Below are positions 17,523 to 25,315 of a stretch of DNA of 64,000 nt, piece by piece; positions within the stretch are counted from its first letter, which is position 1, and each line of letters starts with the position of its first letter. The DNA comes from a virus, in IMG/VR virus record IMGVR_UViG_3300035633_000651, positions 45,678-109,677 of that record, one strand, 5' to 3'. Made by a program: the position numbers and the translations under genes. The notes under the pieces were generated by a model. That model was not told where the DNA came from. It did not search any database and was given only the letters and a program-made list of their open reading frames with translations.

Positions 17523-17972
17523 ATGACCGACGGACACCGCATCCAGAACCGGCGCGACGCCTTTTACTACATCTTCGGCGGCAAGGCGCTGTTCACGCTC
17601 GTGAGTCAGAAGTCGGGTCAGCGCTTCACCTACAGGGTGAACGTGGGGCGCGCAGGCTCCAAGTGGGAGGGCTGCTACTTCATCGACGTGCTGACCGGCT
17701 CGGACAACACCTCCGACTACGCCGCGCTCGGCATGATCAAGTCCAAGGGCGGCTTCATCAAGACCAGCCGCTCGCGCATCGACACCGACGCCCCGTCGCA
17801 CCGGGCGTTCCGTTGGCTCGTCGAGCAGGCGCTCATGAGCGACGCGGGGTTCGAGCAGTGCGAGGTCTGGCACCATGGGCACTGCAGCGCGTGCGGCCGT
17901 CGGCTCACCGATCCGGACTCCATCGCACGCGGCTTGGGTCCCGTTTGCGCCGAGAAGATGGTGCCGGTATGA
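17523..17972 (+). CDS. DUF6011 zinc-finger domain protein
   Basis: CSACGRRLTDPDSIARGLGPVCA. Confidence 0.8.
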   Translation: MTDGHRIQNRRDAFYYIFGGKALFTLVSQKSGQRFTYRVNVGRAGSKWEGCYFIDVLTGSDNTSDYAALGMIKSKGGFIKTSRSRIDTDAPSHRAFRWLVEQALMSDAGFEQCEVWHHGHCSACGRRLTDPDSIARGLGPVCAEKMVPV

Positions 17973-18160
17973 GGACCTTCAACGTCTGGACGTTCGAGGA
18001 CGTCGGCCGGATCATGTGCCGCGACCATCTGGACGTGGTGGAGGCCTCGTCGCCCGAGGACGCGGCCCTGGAGTACACGCGACGTCGTCCGAAAGTTCTC
18101 GACGTGGTGGTCGAGGACATCGTGTCTGGCGACGTGAAGAGCTACGAGGTGCGTAGATGA
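17969..18160 (+). CDS. Hypothetical protein
   Basis: ATGA overlaps. Confidence 0.55.
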   Translation: MRTFNVWTFEDVGRIMCRDHLDVVEASSPEDAALEYTRRRPKVLDVVVEDIVSGDVKSYEVRR

Positions 18161-18345
18161 CATTCGACCATCCAGTCTTCTTGGCACTCCCTATGGCTTC
18201 GCCGGTCATCCTCTTGTTTGTCGTTTGGGTTGTGCATAGGGTCAAAGAGGACCCAGAAGACTTTCTGACCACATGCATGGCGATGGCGATGGCAGCGACT
18301 GCTGGTCTCAGCCTCATTCTTTTTATACTTTGGGTGCGTCAATGA
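18157..18345 (+). CDS. Small 2-TM membrane protein, lower GC than neighbours
   Basis: Two hydrophobic stretches; ATGA overlaps. Confidence 0.55.
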   Translation: MTFDHPVFLALPMASPVILLFVVWVVHRVKEDPEDFLTTCMAMAMAATAGLSLILFILWVRQ

Positions 18346-18758
18346 CGTGGCAGCTGCTGCCCTACCCGCGCCCATCGTGGGCGTGCTACTGGGGGCGCAA
18401 GCACCGGTGGTACGGACGCTCCAAGGAGCGCGCCTGGCTGGTGAGCTGTCGCGGTGTGCCCAAGGAGCAGACGTCGGATCCCTACGACAAGCGCATCTTC
18501 GCGGCCAACTTCATTTGTGTGCGGTGTCACGCCGAGGCCAACATGCTCGACTATTCCTGGCGCCGGAACCTGGTCGAGTCCGAGCGCGAGAAGCTGCAGG
18601 ACCAGGCGCGCCTTGCCGAGTTTGCGGAGGCTGAGCAGGTCTACCAGCGTCACAGCCGCGGGCAGCTCACCCCGAGGGGAGCGCTTGCCATCCCCGCAAC
18701 ATCCACAGTAGACGGGGCGGGTGCACTGTCCCTGACGGAAGGAAAGACTGATGAGTGA
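18342..18758 (+). CDS. Hypothetical protein with CxxC
   Basis: ATGA overlap. Confidence 0.55.
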   Translation: MTWQLLPYPRPSWACYWGRKHRWYGRSKERAWLVSCRGVPKEQTSDPYDKRIFAANFICVRCHAEANMLDYSWRRNLVESEREKLQDQARLAEFAEAEQVYQRHSRGQLTPRGALAIPATSTVDGAGALSLTEGKTDE

Positions 18759-18834
18759 CTACCCCGAACACGACAAGCTACGTGCCGCCCGTGAGCGCCT
18801 CAACATCGACGCCGTCAGCGAGTTCTTGGACTGA
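18751..18834 (+). pseudogene. 27-codon ORF or gene remnant MSDYPEHDKLRAARERLNIDAVSEFLD*
   Basis: Resembles the N-terminus of a phage family I recall as YPEH.KL...EFL.W, here with TGA at the Trp position. Confidence 0.35.
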
Positions 18835-18848
18835 GGAGAAGAAGGCAA

Positions 18849-19682
18849 ATGGGAGCTGACATCCACATGACCATCCAGACCCGCGAGTCGTCGAACGACC
18901 CGTGGCGCACACGCACGGACATCGAGGCGTACGGCGACCGGAACTACCGCGTGTTCGCCGCCCTGGCCGGAGTCCGCAACGGCGAAGGCTTCGCCGGCGT
19001 CAAGACAGGCAACGCCCTCGTGCCGATCTCCGAACCGCGCGGGTTCCCCGAAGACTACGCCGCGCAGATCGCCAACGTGGACGACGACCTTGGGTACGAG
19101 GAGTACAGCTGTCTGCGCGACGAGGTCCACGGGGAGGCCTTGTCGTCGGACCACAGTGAGACCTGGCTGACGTTGGACGAGGTGCGCGCCTACGACTGGG
19201 ACCAGGTGTCTCACCGCGTGGGAACGGTCAACGCGGAGCAGTACAAGGTCTTCAAGGAAAAAGGGCGCCCCGAGTCATGGTCCGCCGGCTGCTTCGGACG
19301 GGGCGTGATTCACGTCTCCAACGAAGAGATGGACCGCCGCATCGCCGAGGACGATTGGACGCTGTCGCGGAGCACCGCGCTCGTGTCTCATCTTCGCGAG
19401 TGGGCCGACGACATCGAGCACAAGGCGTCGATGTGGGACGACCAGGCGCTGTTTGGTGGACCTCTCGGCGGACTGCTGTTGGACACGAACATCCAGCGAC
19501 TACGGGAGCTTCTTGGCGCGGGGCCCTTGCCTGAGCAGGTGAGCTACTACACGCAGGTCGCGTGGGACTTGCCGCTGCGCGACGACTGTCGGGGCTTCCT
19601 GGAGTGGCTCACGCGCCTGGAAAAGGCGACGCTCGGCTACTCGCCCAAGAACGTCCGACTGGTCTTTGGATTCGATTCATGA
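18849..19682 (+). CDS. Phage protein of the MG.DIH...RNY.F..LAGVRN...RLVFGFDS type
   Basis: Recognisable terminal motifs of a widespread phage family of unknown function. Confidence 0.75.
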   Translation: MGADIHMTIQTRESSNDPWRTRTDIEAYGDRNYRVFAALAGVRNGEGFAGVKTGNALVPISEPRGFPEDYAAQIANVDDDLGYEEYSCLRDEVHGEALSSDHSETWLTLDEVRAYDWDQVSHRVGTVNAEQYKVFKEKGRPESWSAGCFGRGVIHVSNEEMDRRIAEDDWTLSRSTALVSHLREWADDIEHKASMWDDQALFGGPLGGLLLDTNIQRLRELLGAGPLPEQVSYYTQVAWDLPLRDDCRGFLEWLTRLEKATLGYSPKNVRLVFGFDS

Positions 19683-19969
19683 TCGACGAGGATCCAGAGC
19701 TGCGTCAGCGACGCGAGCGCAAGGAACGACTGTGGGCGGAAGCCCGCCAGAGCGCCCGACGGGAGACCCGCTACGCCTTCATCGCGGCAGGCATCTTGAT
19801 ACTGGTCATCGGCGGGGTCGCGTTGATCACTCACAGTATGAGCGCATCGGAGTACGAACGCTGTGCGAAGACCTGCACCCGAGAGCACGGGCGGTCGGTC
19901 CACCCCGAGATTGTCGGCGGTGAGTGCTTCTGCGTCCAGCCTCCATCCACGGTGCACAAGACCCACTGA
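19679..19969 (+). CDS. Single-TM protein with a small Cys-rich C-terminal domain
   Basis: TM segment followed by CAKTC...ECFC. Confidence 0.6.
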   Translation: MIDEDPELRQRRERKERLWAEARQSARRETRYAFIAAGILILVIGGVALITHSMSASEYERCAKTCTREHGRSVHPEIVGGECFCVQPPSTVHKTH

Positions 19970-20049
19970 CGTGGTAGGCTGAGGCATGCACTTGCACGGC
20001 CACCTCTGCCCGCACGACCTGACCGTGCTCCTGCTCGCCGCCTGGGAGT

Positions 20050-20823
20050 TCAGCCTTCCGCTTCGTCATCATGCAGGGATGCTTGCCCGGTGGGCAGTCC
20101 GTGCATGTCGGGGTTGGCGTACGCCCCGGCCAGGTCTCCCGCCTCCAGCTTCCGGTCCGCGAAGTTGAGCGTCACCATCTCGTCCGGCGTGAAGAACGTG
20201 TCCTGACCGCAGAGCTGTCGCATGTGGTCCTCGTTGACGCCTTGACGCGCGTTCACTTTCCGCGCGCCCTGCGGAAGCTTTGAGTTCAGGACGCGGGCCA
20301 CCGCTGCCTGGTCTTCGGCCGCCCGCAAGCGCTCCAGGTAGATGCGGTACATCGTCGGTCCGGTGTGCTGCTTCGAGTACTCGACCATGTTCTGTACAGA
20401 CTTCGGAATGTCCCAAGCACCCTCGAACCCGTCGTGGATCATGTAGAAGCCGTGCGGTGCAGTGATGCGCAGGTCGGCCGCCTGGAAGATGATGCTGGTC
20501 ATCGAGCGGGCGTGGCTCATGTTGATGATCGTCACGTGGGACCGACAGTGCGTGATGGCGTCGTAGATCGCCATACCGTGGTCCCAGTCCCCACCGCACG
20601 AGTTCATGATGATGGTCAGCGGTTGCGCACCTTTTGGGTCGTCGAGCGTCGACAGCCCAAGCACGAGCCGACGAGCTGTGTTCCAGTAGATGCCTGGGTC
20701 TTCGGACATGGTCTCGTCCTGCCCGTGGTCTTGCTCCAGAATGCCGCCCAAGTAGAGGACGCGGGTCCGCGGGTTGATCCCGTACCAGTAGAAGCGGTCG
20801 AGGTCGTCGCGGGGGGTCTTCAC
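20050..20823 (-). CDS. clpP: ClpP-family serine protease
   Basis: RVLYL, MNSCGG, GMAIYDAI, ARSM (Ser), MIH (His), QDTFFTPDEM...FAD (Asp); TACACT-N6-GTG start at 20823. Confidence 0.8.
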   Translation of the reverse strand: MKTPRDDLDRFYWYGINPRTRVLYLGGILEQDHGQDETMSEDPGIYWNTARRLVLGLSTLDDPKGAQPLTIIMNSCGGDWDHGMAIYDAITHCRSHVTIINMSHARSMTSIIFQAADLRITAPHGFYMIHDGFEGAWDIPKSVQNMVEYSKQHTGPTMYRIYLERLRAAEDQAAVARVLNSKLPQGARKVNARQGVNEDHMRQLCGQDTFFTPDEMVTLNFADRKLEAGDLAGAYANPDMHGLPTGQASLHDDEAEG

Positions 20824-20866
20824 GTCCTGAGTGTACGCCGCCCCAGGGGCCGGAGCCAGTTGCGAG

Positions 20867-20911
20867 TTGACAGGTTCCGGACGCGCCCTGCAGCGTGCTG
20901 ACGATGTCAAC
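20867..20911 (+). promoter_or_regulatory. Variant early promoter with a 12-bp box over the start codon
   Basis: TTGACA ggtt CCGG, 18-nt spacer, CAGCGT-N7-ATG; GACGATGTCAAC at 20900-20911. Confidence 0.55.
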
Positions 20912-21299
20912 GCGCTTTTACGTGGCCGCCACGCTGTCCGACCGAGACCTCGCTTCCCGGCTCATCATGTCCGCCCCTGCGAACTGGATGTGCACCTTCA
21001 ACTGGACCGAGGTGGAGCCGGCCAAACCCGACGTCACGGAGCGTCGCCGGATCGCGCTGTGCGAGGTGGCGGCCGTCCAGCACGCCGACCTGCTGGTGCT
21101 CTTGCTTCCTGGGGCTCGGGGTTCGCACACGGAGCTAGGGGTCGCGCTGGGGGCCGACATCCCGGTCTACATCACGTACCGCGCCGAGGACGCGCCAGCG
21201 CGCGACTGTGCCTTCTACTGGCACCCTGCGGTGCAGGGCCACATTCCCGTCGACGACCTGCTGATGGAGCCTTGGCCCGAGGTCTTTGAGAACTGTTGA
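20904..21299 (+). CDS. Nucleoside 2-deoxyribosyltransferase-like (NDT/DNPH1 fold) protein
   Basis: FYVAA...E..AVQHADLLVLLLPGARGSHTELGVALG. Confidence 0.7.
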   Translation: MSTRFYVAATLSDRDLASRLIMSAPANWMCTFNWTEVEPAKPDVTERRRIALCEVAAVQHADLLVLLLPGARGSHTELGVALGADIPVYITYRAEDAPARDCAFYWHPAVQGHIPVDDLLMEPWPEVFENC

Positions 21300-21327
21300 C
21301 ATCCTCTCGGGGGCTGAGTATGTCAAC
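21295..21327. promoter_or_regulatory. Inverted box pair / probable promoter-operator of ro60
   Basis: GTTGACATCCTC-N9-GAGTATGTCAAC. Confidence 0.65.
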
Positions 21328-21333
21328 GCTCCC

Positions 21334-21397
21334 GCGGCACTGGGGCCGCTCATCACTTGCTCGGACCGGGACGGTCTGAGCCGAAGGAGGTCCGACC
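21334..21397 (+). promoter_or_regulatory. Structured 5' leader of ro60
   Basis: Hairpins at 21334-21349 and 21359-21381; alternative pairing TCGGACC/GGTCCGA overlaps the SD AAGGAGG. Confidence 0.5.
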
Positions 21398-23032
21398 ATG
21401 GACTACACCAAGCACCTCCGCGCCCACCAGCGCGAGCGCGCCAAGAGCACGCAGACCAAGAACGCCGCTGGCGGCTACACCTTCCAGCTGGACGCCCTCG
21501 GGCGCCTGCAGCGCTTCCTCATCCTGGGAAGCGAGGGAGGCACCTACTATGCCAACGAGCGCGACCTGACCCGCGACAACGTTGCCACGCTCGATGGCAT
21601 CCTTGACAAGGCCGGCGAGGCCATCGCCGCCGTTCGCCTGATCGAGGAGGTCTCGACGCAGGGCCGCGCGCCCAAGAACGACCCGGCCATCTTCGCGCTC
21701 GCCTACATCACGGCGAACAGCAAGCACGACGAGGTCCGCGCCGCTGCCTACAAGGCGATGCCGCGCGTCTGCCGGACGGGCACGCACCTGTTCCAGTGGG
21801 CGGACCTGATGAAGAAGCTGGGCAGCTCGCTCGGAAGCTCGGGCGCGAAGCGGGCCATCAGCCGGTGGTACCTGGAGAAGGACCCCCAGAAGCTGGCCCT
21901 GCAGGTCACGAAGTACAAGCAGCGGTCGGGCTGGACCCACCGCGACGTGATGCTTCAGGGCCATGTCCACCCGCCCGGCGGACAGTCGATGGACGCCCGC
22001 GTGATGCGCGACGTGCTCCAGTACGCTGCGAAGCCGGACACCGTCGAGTTCTCGAAGGACTCGGCCATCGGGCTGCTGTACGCCGCGCAGGCGCTCCCGT
22101 ACGCGAAGACCGAGGCGGAGGTGGTCAAGCTGATCACCGAGTACAAGGCGCCGCGTGAGCTGGTGCCGACCGAGCACCTGAACTCACCGGCGGTCTGGGA
22201 GGCCTTGCTGGAGGACATGCCGATGACCGCGACCGTGCGGAACCTCGGCAAGATGACCTCGGTGGGTCTGCTGAAGCCGCTGAGCAACTCGACCAAGAAG
22301 GTCCTGGACCGGCTCGGAAACGCCGAGCAGGTGCTGCGCTCGCGAATGCATCCGCTGAACGTCCTGGTCGCGAAGCTGACCTACGAGCAGGGCCGCGGCA
22401 CGCGAGGCTCGTTGAGCTGGGACGTGGTGGGGTCTGTGGTGGGTGCGCTCGAAGGTGCCTTCTACAGCGCGTTTGGCAACGTGCGCCCGAGCGGAAAGCG
22501 GACACTGGTTGCAGTGGACGTCTCCGCCTCGATGGACGGGTGTTGGGGCTTCGGCGTCCAGGACGTCTGCGGGTGCCCGGCACTCACGCCTCGCATCGCG
22601 GCGGCGTGCATGGCCATGGTGACCCTGCGGACCGAACCCTTGGTCCACATCGTGGGCTTCAGCCACAAGCTGGTGCCCATCAACGTCCGGCCCTCGGACA
22701 GCCTGGAGACCGTCGTCGAAAAGATGAAGCGGGTTCCTATGGGCGGGACGGACGCAGCGCAGCCGATGCTCTACGCCGCCCAAGAGGGCATCAACGTGGA
22801 CGGCTTCGTGTCGTACACCGACAACGAAACCTGGGCCGGGTACCACCACCCGTTCGAGGCTCTGAACGCCTACCGGAAGAAGCAGGGCATCGACGCCCGC
22901 ATGGTGACGGTGGCCTTCACCGCGACCGAGTCGACCATCGGGGACACCGAGGACACAGGCTCGCTGGACGTGGTCGGGTTCGACACCGCGGCGCCTCAGC
23001 TGATCGCGGACTTCGTCGGAGGCCAGGTCTAG
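21398..23032 (+). CDS. rsr: Ro60/Rsr RNA-binding protein (TROVE + vWA)
   Basis: NAAGGY.F, RLQRFLILGSEGGTYY, VCRTGTHLF, KYKQRSGWTHRD, MPMTATVRNLG, MIDAS DVSAS, GGTD, YTDNETW, DVVGFD. Confidence 0.95.
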   Translation: MDYTKHLRAHQRERAKSTQTKNAAGGYTFQLDALGRLQRFLILGSEGGTYYANERDLTRDNVATLDGILDKAGEAIAAVRLIEEVSTQGRAPKNDPAIFALAYITANSKHDEVRAAAYKAMPRVCRTGTHLFQWADLMKKLGSSLGSSGAKRAISRWYLEKDPQKLALQVTKYKQRSGWTHRDVMLQGHVHPPGGQSMDARVMRDVLQYAAKPDTVEFSKDSAIGLLYAAQALPYAKTEAEVVKLITEYKAPRELVPTEHLNSPAVWEALLEDMPMTATVRNLGKMTSVGLLKPLSNSTKKVLDRLGNAEQVLRSRMHPLNVLVAKLTYEQGRGTRGSLSWDVVGSVVGALEGAFYSAFGNVRPSGKRTLVAVDVSASMDGCWGFGVQDVCGCPALTPRIAAACMAMVTLRTEPLVHIVGFSHKLVPINVRPSDSLETVVEKMKRVPMGGTDAAQPMLYAAQEGINVDGFVSYTDNETWAGYHHPFEALNAYRKKQGIDARMVTVAFTATESTIGDTEDTGSLDVVGFDTAAPQLIADFVGGQV

Positions 23033-23093
23033 CTCCTACCCGGGGGTAACCGCGCCAGGACTGCGGAGCGCGCCGCGTGTCACACTGGTTGGC

Positions 23094-23714
23094 ATGCGGC
23101 GCGCTCTTGCCACCTTCCTCCTCGTGTGCGGTTGCGCGCACGCCCTTCCCACGGTTCATGCCGAGCCGGCGGTCTCCGGCACCACGATGTTTCGTACGCC
23201 GAACGGGGCCCTCGTCCACTGGGACGAAAGCCAGCTCCCGATCCTCGTCGTCCCGCATCCCTCGATGGGCGCGTGGCGTGAGCCCATCGAGCAGGCCTGC
23301 GCGTTCTGGAACCAGCTCATCGGACAGACCGTGGTGCTCTGCACCCCGCCACACTACATCCCACCTGAGGAAGTCCAGCCCTTTGAAGGGCCGATTGTCG
23401 TCCTGCCCGGCGAAGAGACCGAGGCGTGGCTCAACGCCGACGAGGAGACCGGCACCATCGCCTTCGGCTACATCTCGCTGGCCGACACGGAGGCGACTCC
23501 GTTGGTGGCTTTCATTCTGGTGGCCCGTGCGATGGGGCACGTCCTAGGCCTGGCCGCCGATGACCCGGCGCGTGCCCCGAATTCCATCATGCGTGATGAC
23601 ATCGCAGGCGCCGACGTCAACGAGCTGCGGGTGGAACCCGAAGACATCCGGATTCTCCGGCTCCTCTACGGTCCGATTCCGGTCGACGAATCCCCAAAGA
23701 AACTGGGCATTTAG
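23094..23714 (+). CDS. Lipoprotein with a degenerate matrixin/metzincin fold
   Basis: Signal/lipobox MRRALATFLLVCGC; RAMGHVLGLAA...NSIM in place of HExxHxxGxxH...Met-turn. Confidence 0.65.
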   Translation: MRRALATFLLVCGCAHALPTVHAEPAVSGTTMFRTPNGALVHWDESQLPILVVPHPSMGAWREPIEQACAFWNQLIGQTVVLCTPPHYIPPEEVQPFEGPIVVLPGEETEAWLNADEETGTIAFGYISLADTEATPLVAFILVARAMGHVLGLAADDPARAPNSIMRDDIAGADVNELRVEPEDIRILRLLYGPIPVDESPKKLGI

Positions 23715-23920
23715 CGCCATTTCCGGAATCCGGAACCTCCAAGGGCCATAGCCCTAGGAGGGTGGCACGTCTCTTGAAGAAGAGAGAAAGATCCACACCC
23801 CACCCTTTACCCCTTGTGAGAACCCGGGATTCCGGAAATGGAGTCTAACTTCTTGGAATCGTTGAGGAAGTGATGGGCCGGGATGTGCCCGGAATCGGAT
23901 CGGCGATTCCGGGATTCCGG
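23675..23920. repeat. Six GATTCCGG octamers in both orientations plus 15-bp and 10-bp inverted repeats at the strand-convergence point
   Basis: Octamers at 23675, 23723(-), 23828, 23889(-), 23905, 23913; inverted repeats 23717-23731/23827-23841 and 23888-23897/23904-23913. Confidence 0.85.
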
Positions 23921-24384
23921 GCGGGCGACGTCCCTGCGGCTGCGGGGTTACGCGCAGGCAGGCGCTCCAGCGTGAAGTACCCTGGGGTATTCGTGAGGAC
24001 CACCAGCTCCACGACGCGCTGCACGGGGGCGGCTGCGTCGGGGCGGAACGTCACCAGGGTCTCAGCCCCTCGGCGCTCCGTCTTCGAGATGGTCCCCTGT
24101 TGGCCCTGAGGGCGCGTGTAGGAGCCGTCCGTCGTGTCCTCGACCCGGTCAGGGCCAACGTACTGGACGCGGTCTCCGACGCGCAGGACGCGTCTCTGGC
24201 GGTGGTCCTGGTACTGGCGCTCGGAGACCAGTCGACCCTGCTCAGCGAGCTTGGTCAGGTTCCGGTTCGCCCAGTTGTGCAAAGGCTTCGTGTTCAGCGT
24301 CCGGTCCTGGGTGAGGACGCGGGCGTTGTCTTCGAGCTGCGTCAGGTAGCGCTCGCGGGTCGTGACCTTGAAGCGCTCGCTCAT
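23845..24384 (-). CDS. Hypothetical protein with an SH3/KOW-like segment
   Basis: MSERFKV...LRVGDRVQYVG; the C-terminal tail is read through the repeat region. Confidence 0.6.
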   Translation of the reverse strand: MSERFKVTTRERYLTQLEDNARVLTQDRTLNTKPLHNWANRNLTKLAEQGRLVSERQYQDHRQRRVLRVGDRVQYVGPDRVEDTTDGSYTRPQGQQGTISKTERRGAETLVTFRPDAAAPVQRVVELVVLTNTPGYFTLERLPARNPAAAGTSPARNPGIADPIPGTSRPITSSTIPRS

Positions 24385-24629
24385 GGCTTCACCGCCCAAA
24401 AGTGGTCGAACTCGGACTGGTACATGGTCTCGTCCTCGCCGCAGTGGCGGCACTCTAGACGGATCCAGTTGTCCCCCTTGGGCCGGATGACGACGGCCAT
24501 GCGGCGGTCCTCGTGGAGCCCGTCGGGGTTGCACACAGGACAGGGCTTGGTCGAGTCTTCGATGTACTCGATCCGCGACCCGTCGCCGCGCACGAAAGGG
24601 TGGCTAGGTGTCAATGCTTTGTCGTTCAA
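24381..24629 (-). CDS. Zn-ribbon protein
   Basis: CPVC...CRHC. Confidence 0.6.
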   Translation of the reverse strand: MNDKALTPSHPFVRGDGSRIEYIEDSTKPCPVCNPDGLHEDRRMAVVIRPKGDNWIRLECRHCGEDETMYQSEFDHFWAVKP

Positions 24630-24840
24630 GGTATTCCTTTCGGATCTTCTGATAGGCGGGGCTCGCTTCGAGCCGCTTCAGGACCTCCATGACGTCAGTC
24701 GCGTCCTGGGTCAGGCGCGCGCTGAGGTCGGGGGGCCCTTCTTCGTCGAGGGTAGACAGGGCGTACGCCGCACTGTCGAGTGCCGACATGAGCGTCCGTA
24801 GAGCACGCACGTTGTCGAGCACCTTGCCGGCGTCACGCAA
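24604..24840 (-). CDS. Hypothetical helical protein
   Basis: Fills the operon gap; TTG start uncertain. Confidence 0.5.
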   Translation of the reverse strand: MRDAGKVLDNVRALRTLMSALDSAAYALSTLDEEGPPDLSARLTQDATDVMEVLKRLEASPAYQKIRKEYLERQSIDT

Positions 24841-25315
24841 GCTCGTCCTCCTCGTCCTCGTCGGGGACCGACGGGTCTCGCTGAGGGCAGACGTCCGGGC
24901 GCATGCACTGGATCCTTCCCTCATCGTCGACGGTCCACTCTTCGAGCAGTGCACCGCACAAGTCGCAGTTCGCGCTTGGGTCGGTCTCCGGCTCCTGCAG
25001 CCCTTCGAGCTTCGCAAGGGCCGCCAGCATGTCCGCCTGCAGTGCAGGAGGCGCCTTCGTTTTGACCTCGTCGATCAACGGGTCGACGGTGCCCTGCACG
25101 GTGACAACGAACTGCACGAGGCGTGCCTGGTCCATGACCTGCATGAAGCCGGCCTTACTGAAGCAGACTGCCAATCGTGCCATGCGGCCGTTGGCCTCGG
25201 CGAAGTCTTTGACGTACTCGACGTGGTTGCTGGCGTTCGACCAGTTAGGCCGAAACCCCATGCTCGACATGGTCTGGGCGATGTGTTGCGCCCGGGTCAG
25301 TTTTCTTGGCGGCAT
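24833..25315 (-). CDS. Hypothetical protein with a Cys-rich, acidic C-terminus
   Basis: AGGAG SD before MPPRKL; CDLC...C...C. Confidence 0.6.
   Translation of the reverse strand: MPPRKLTRAQHIAQTMSSMGFRPNWSNASNHVEYVKDFAEANGRMARLAVCFSKAGFMQVMDQARLVQFVVTVQGTVDPLIDEVKTKAPPALQADMLAALAKLEGLQEPETDPSANCDLCGALLEEWTVDDEGRIQCMRPDVCPQRDPSVPDEDEEDELA

Noticed and set aside
18832-18834. TGA-to-Trp recoding
   Set aside because: TGA is the normal stop in many ATGA overlaps and TGG encodes Trp throughout.
20830-20856. Fourth late promoter upstream of clpP (CCGG...CGTAC)
   Set aside because: Spacing is 1 nt short with several mismatches; TACACT-N6-GTG explains it more simply.
21300-23093. Canonical YrlA or tRNA next to ro60
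   Set aside because: No T-arm or cloverleaf visible by eye in either flank; a covariance-model search is still needed.
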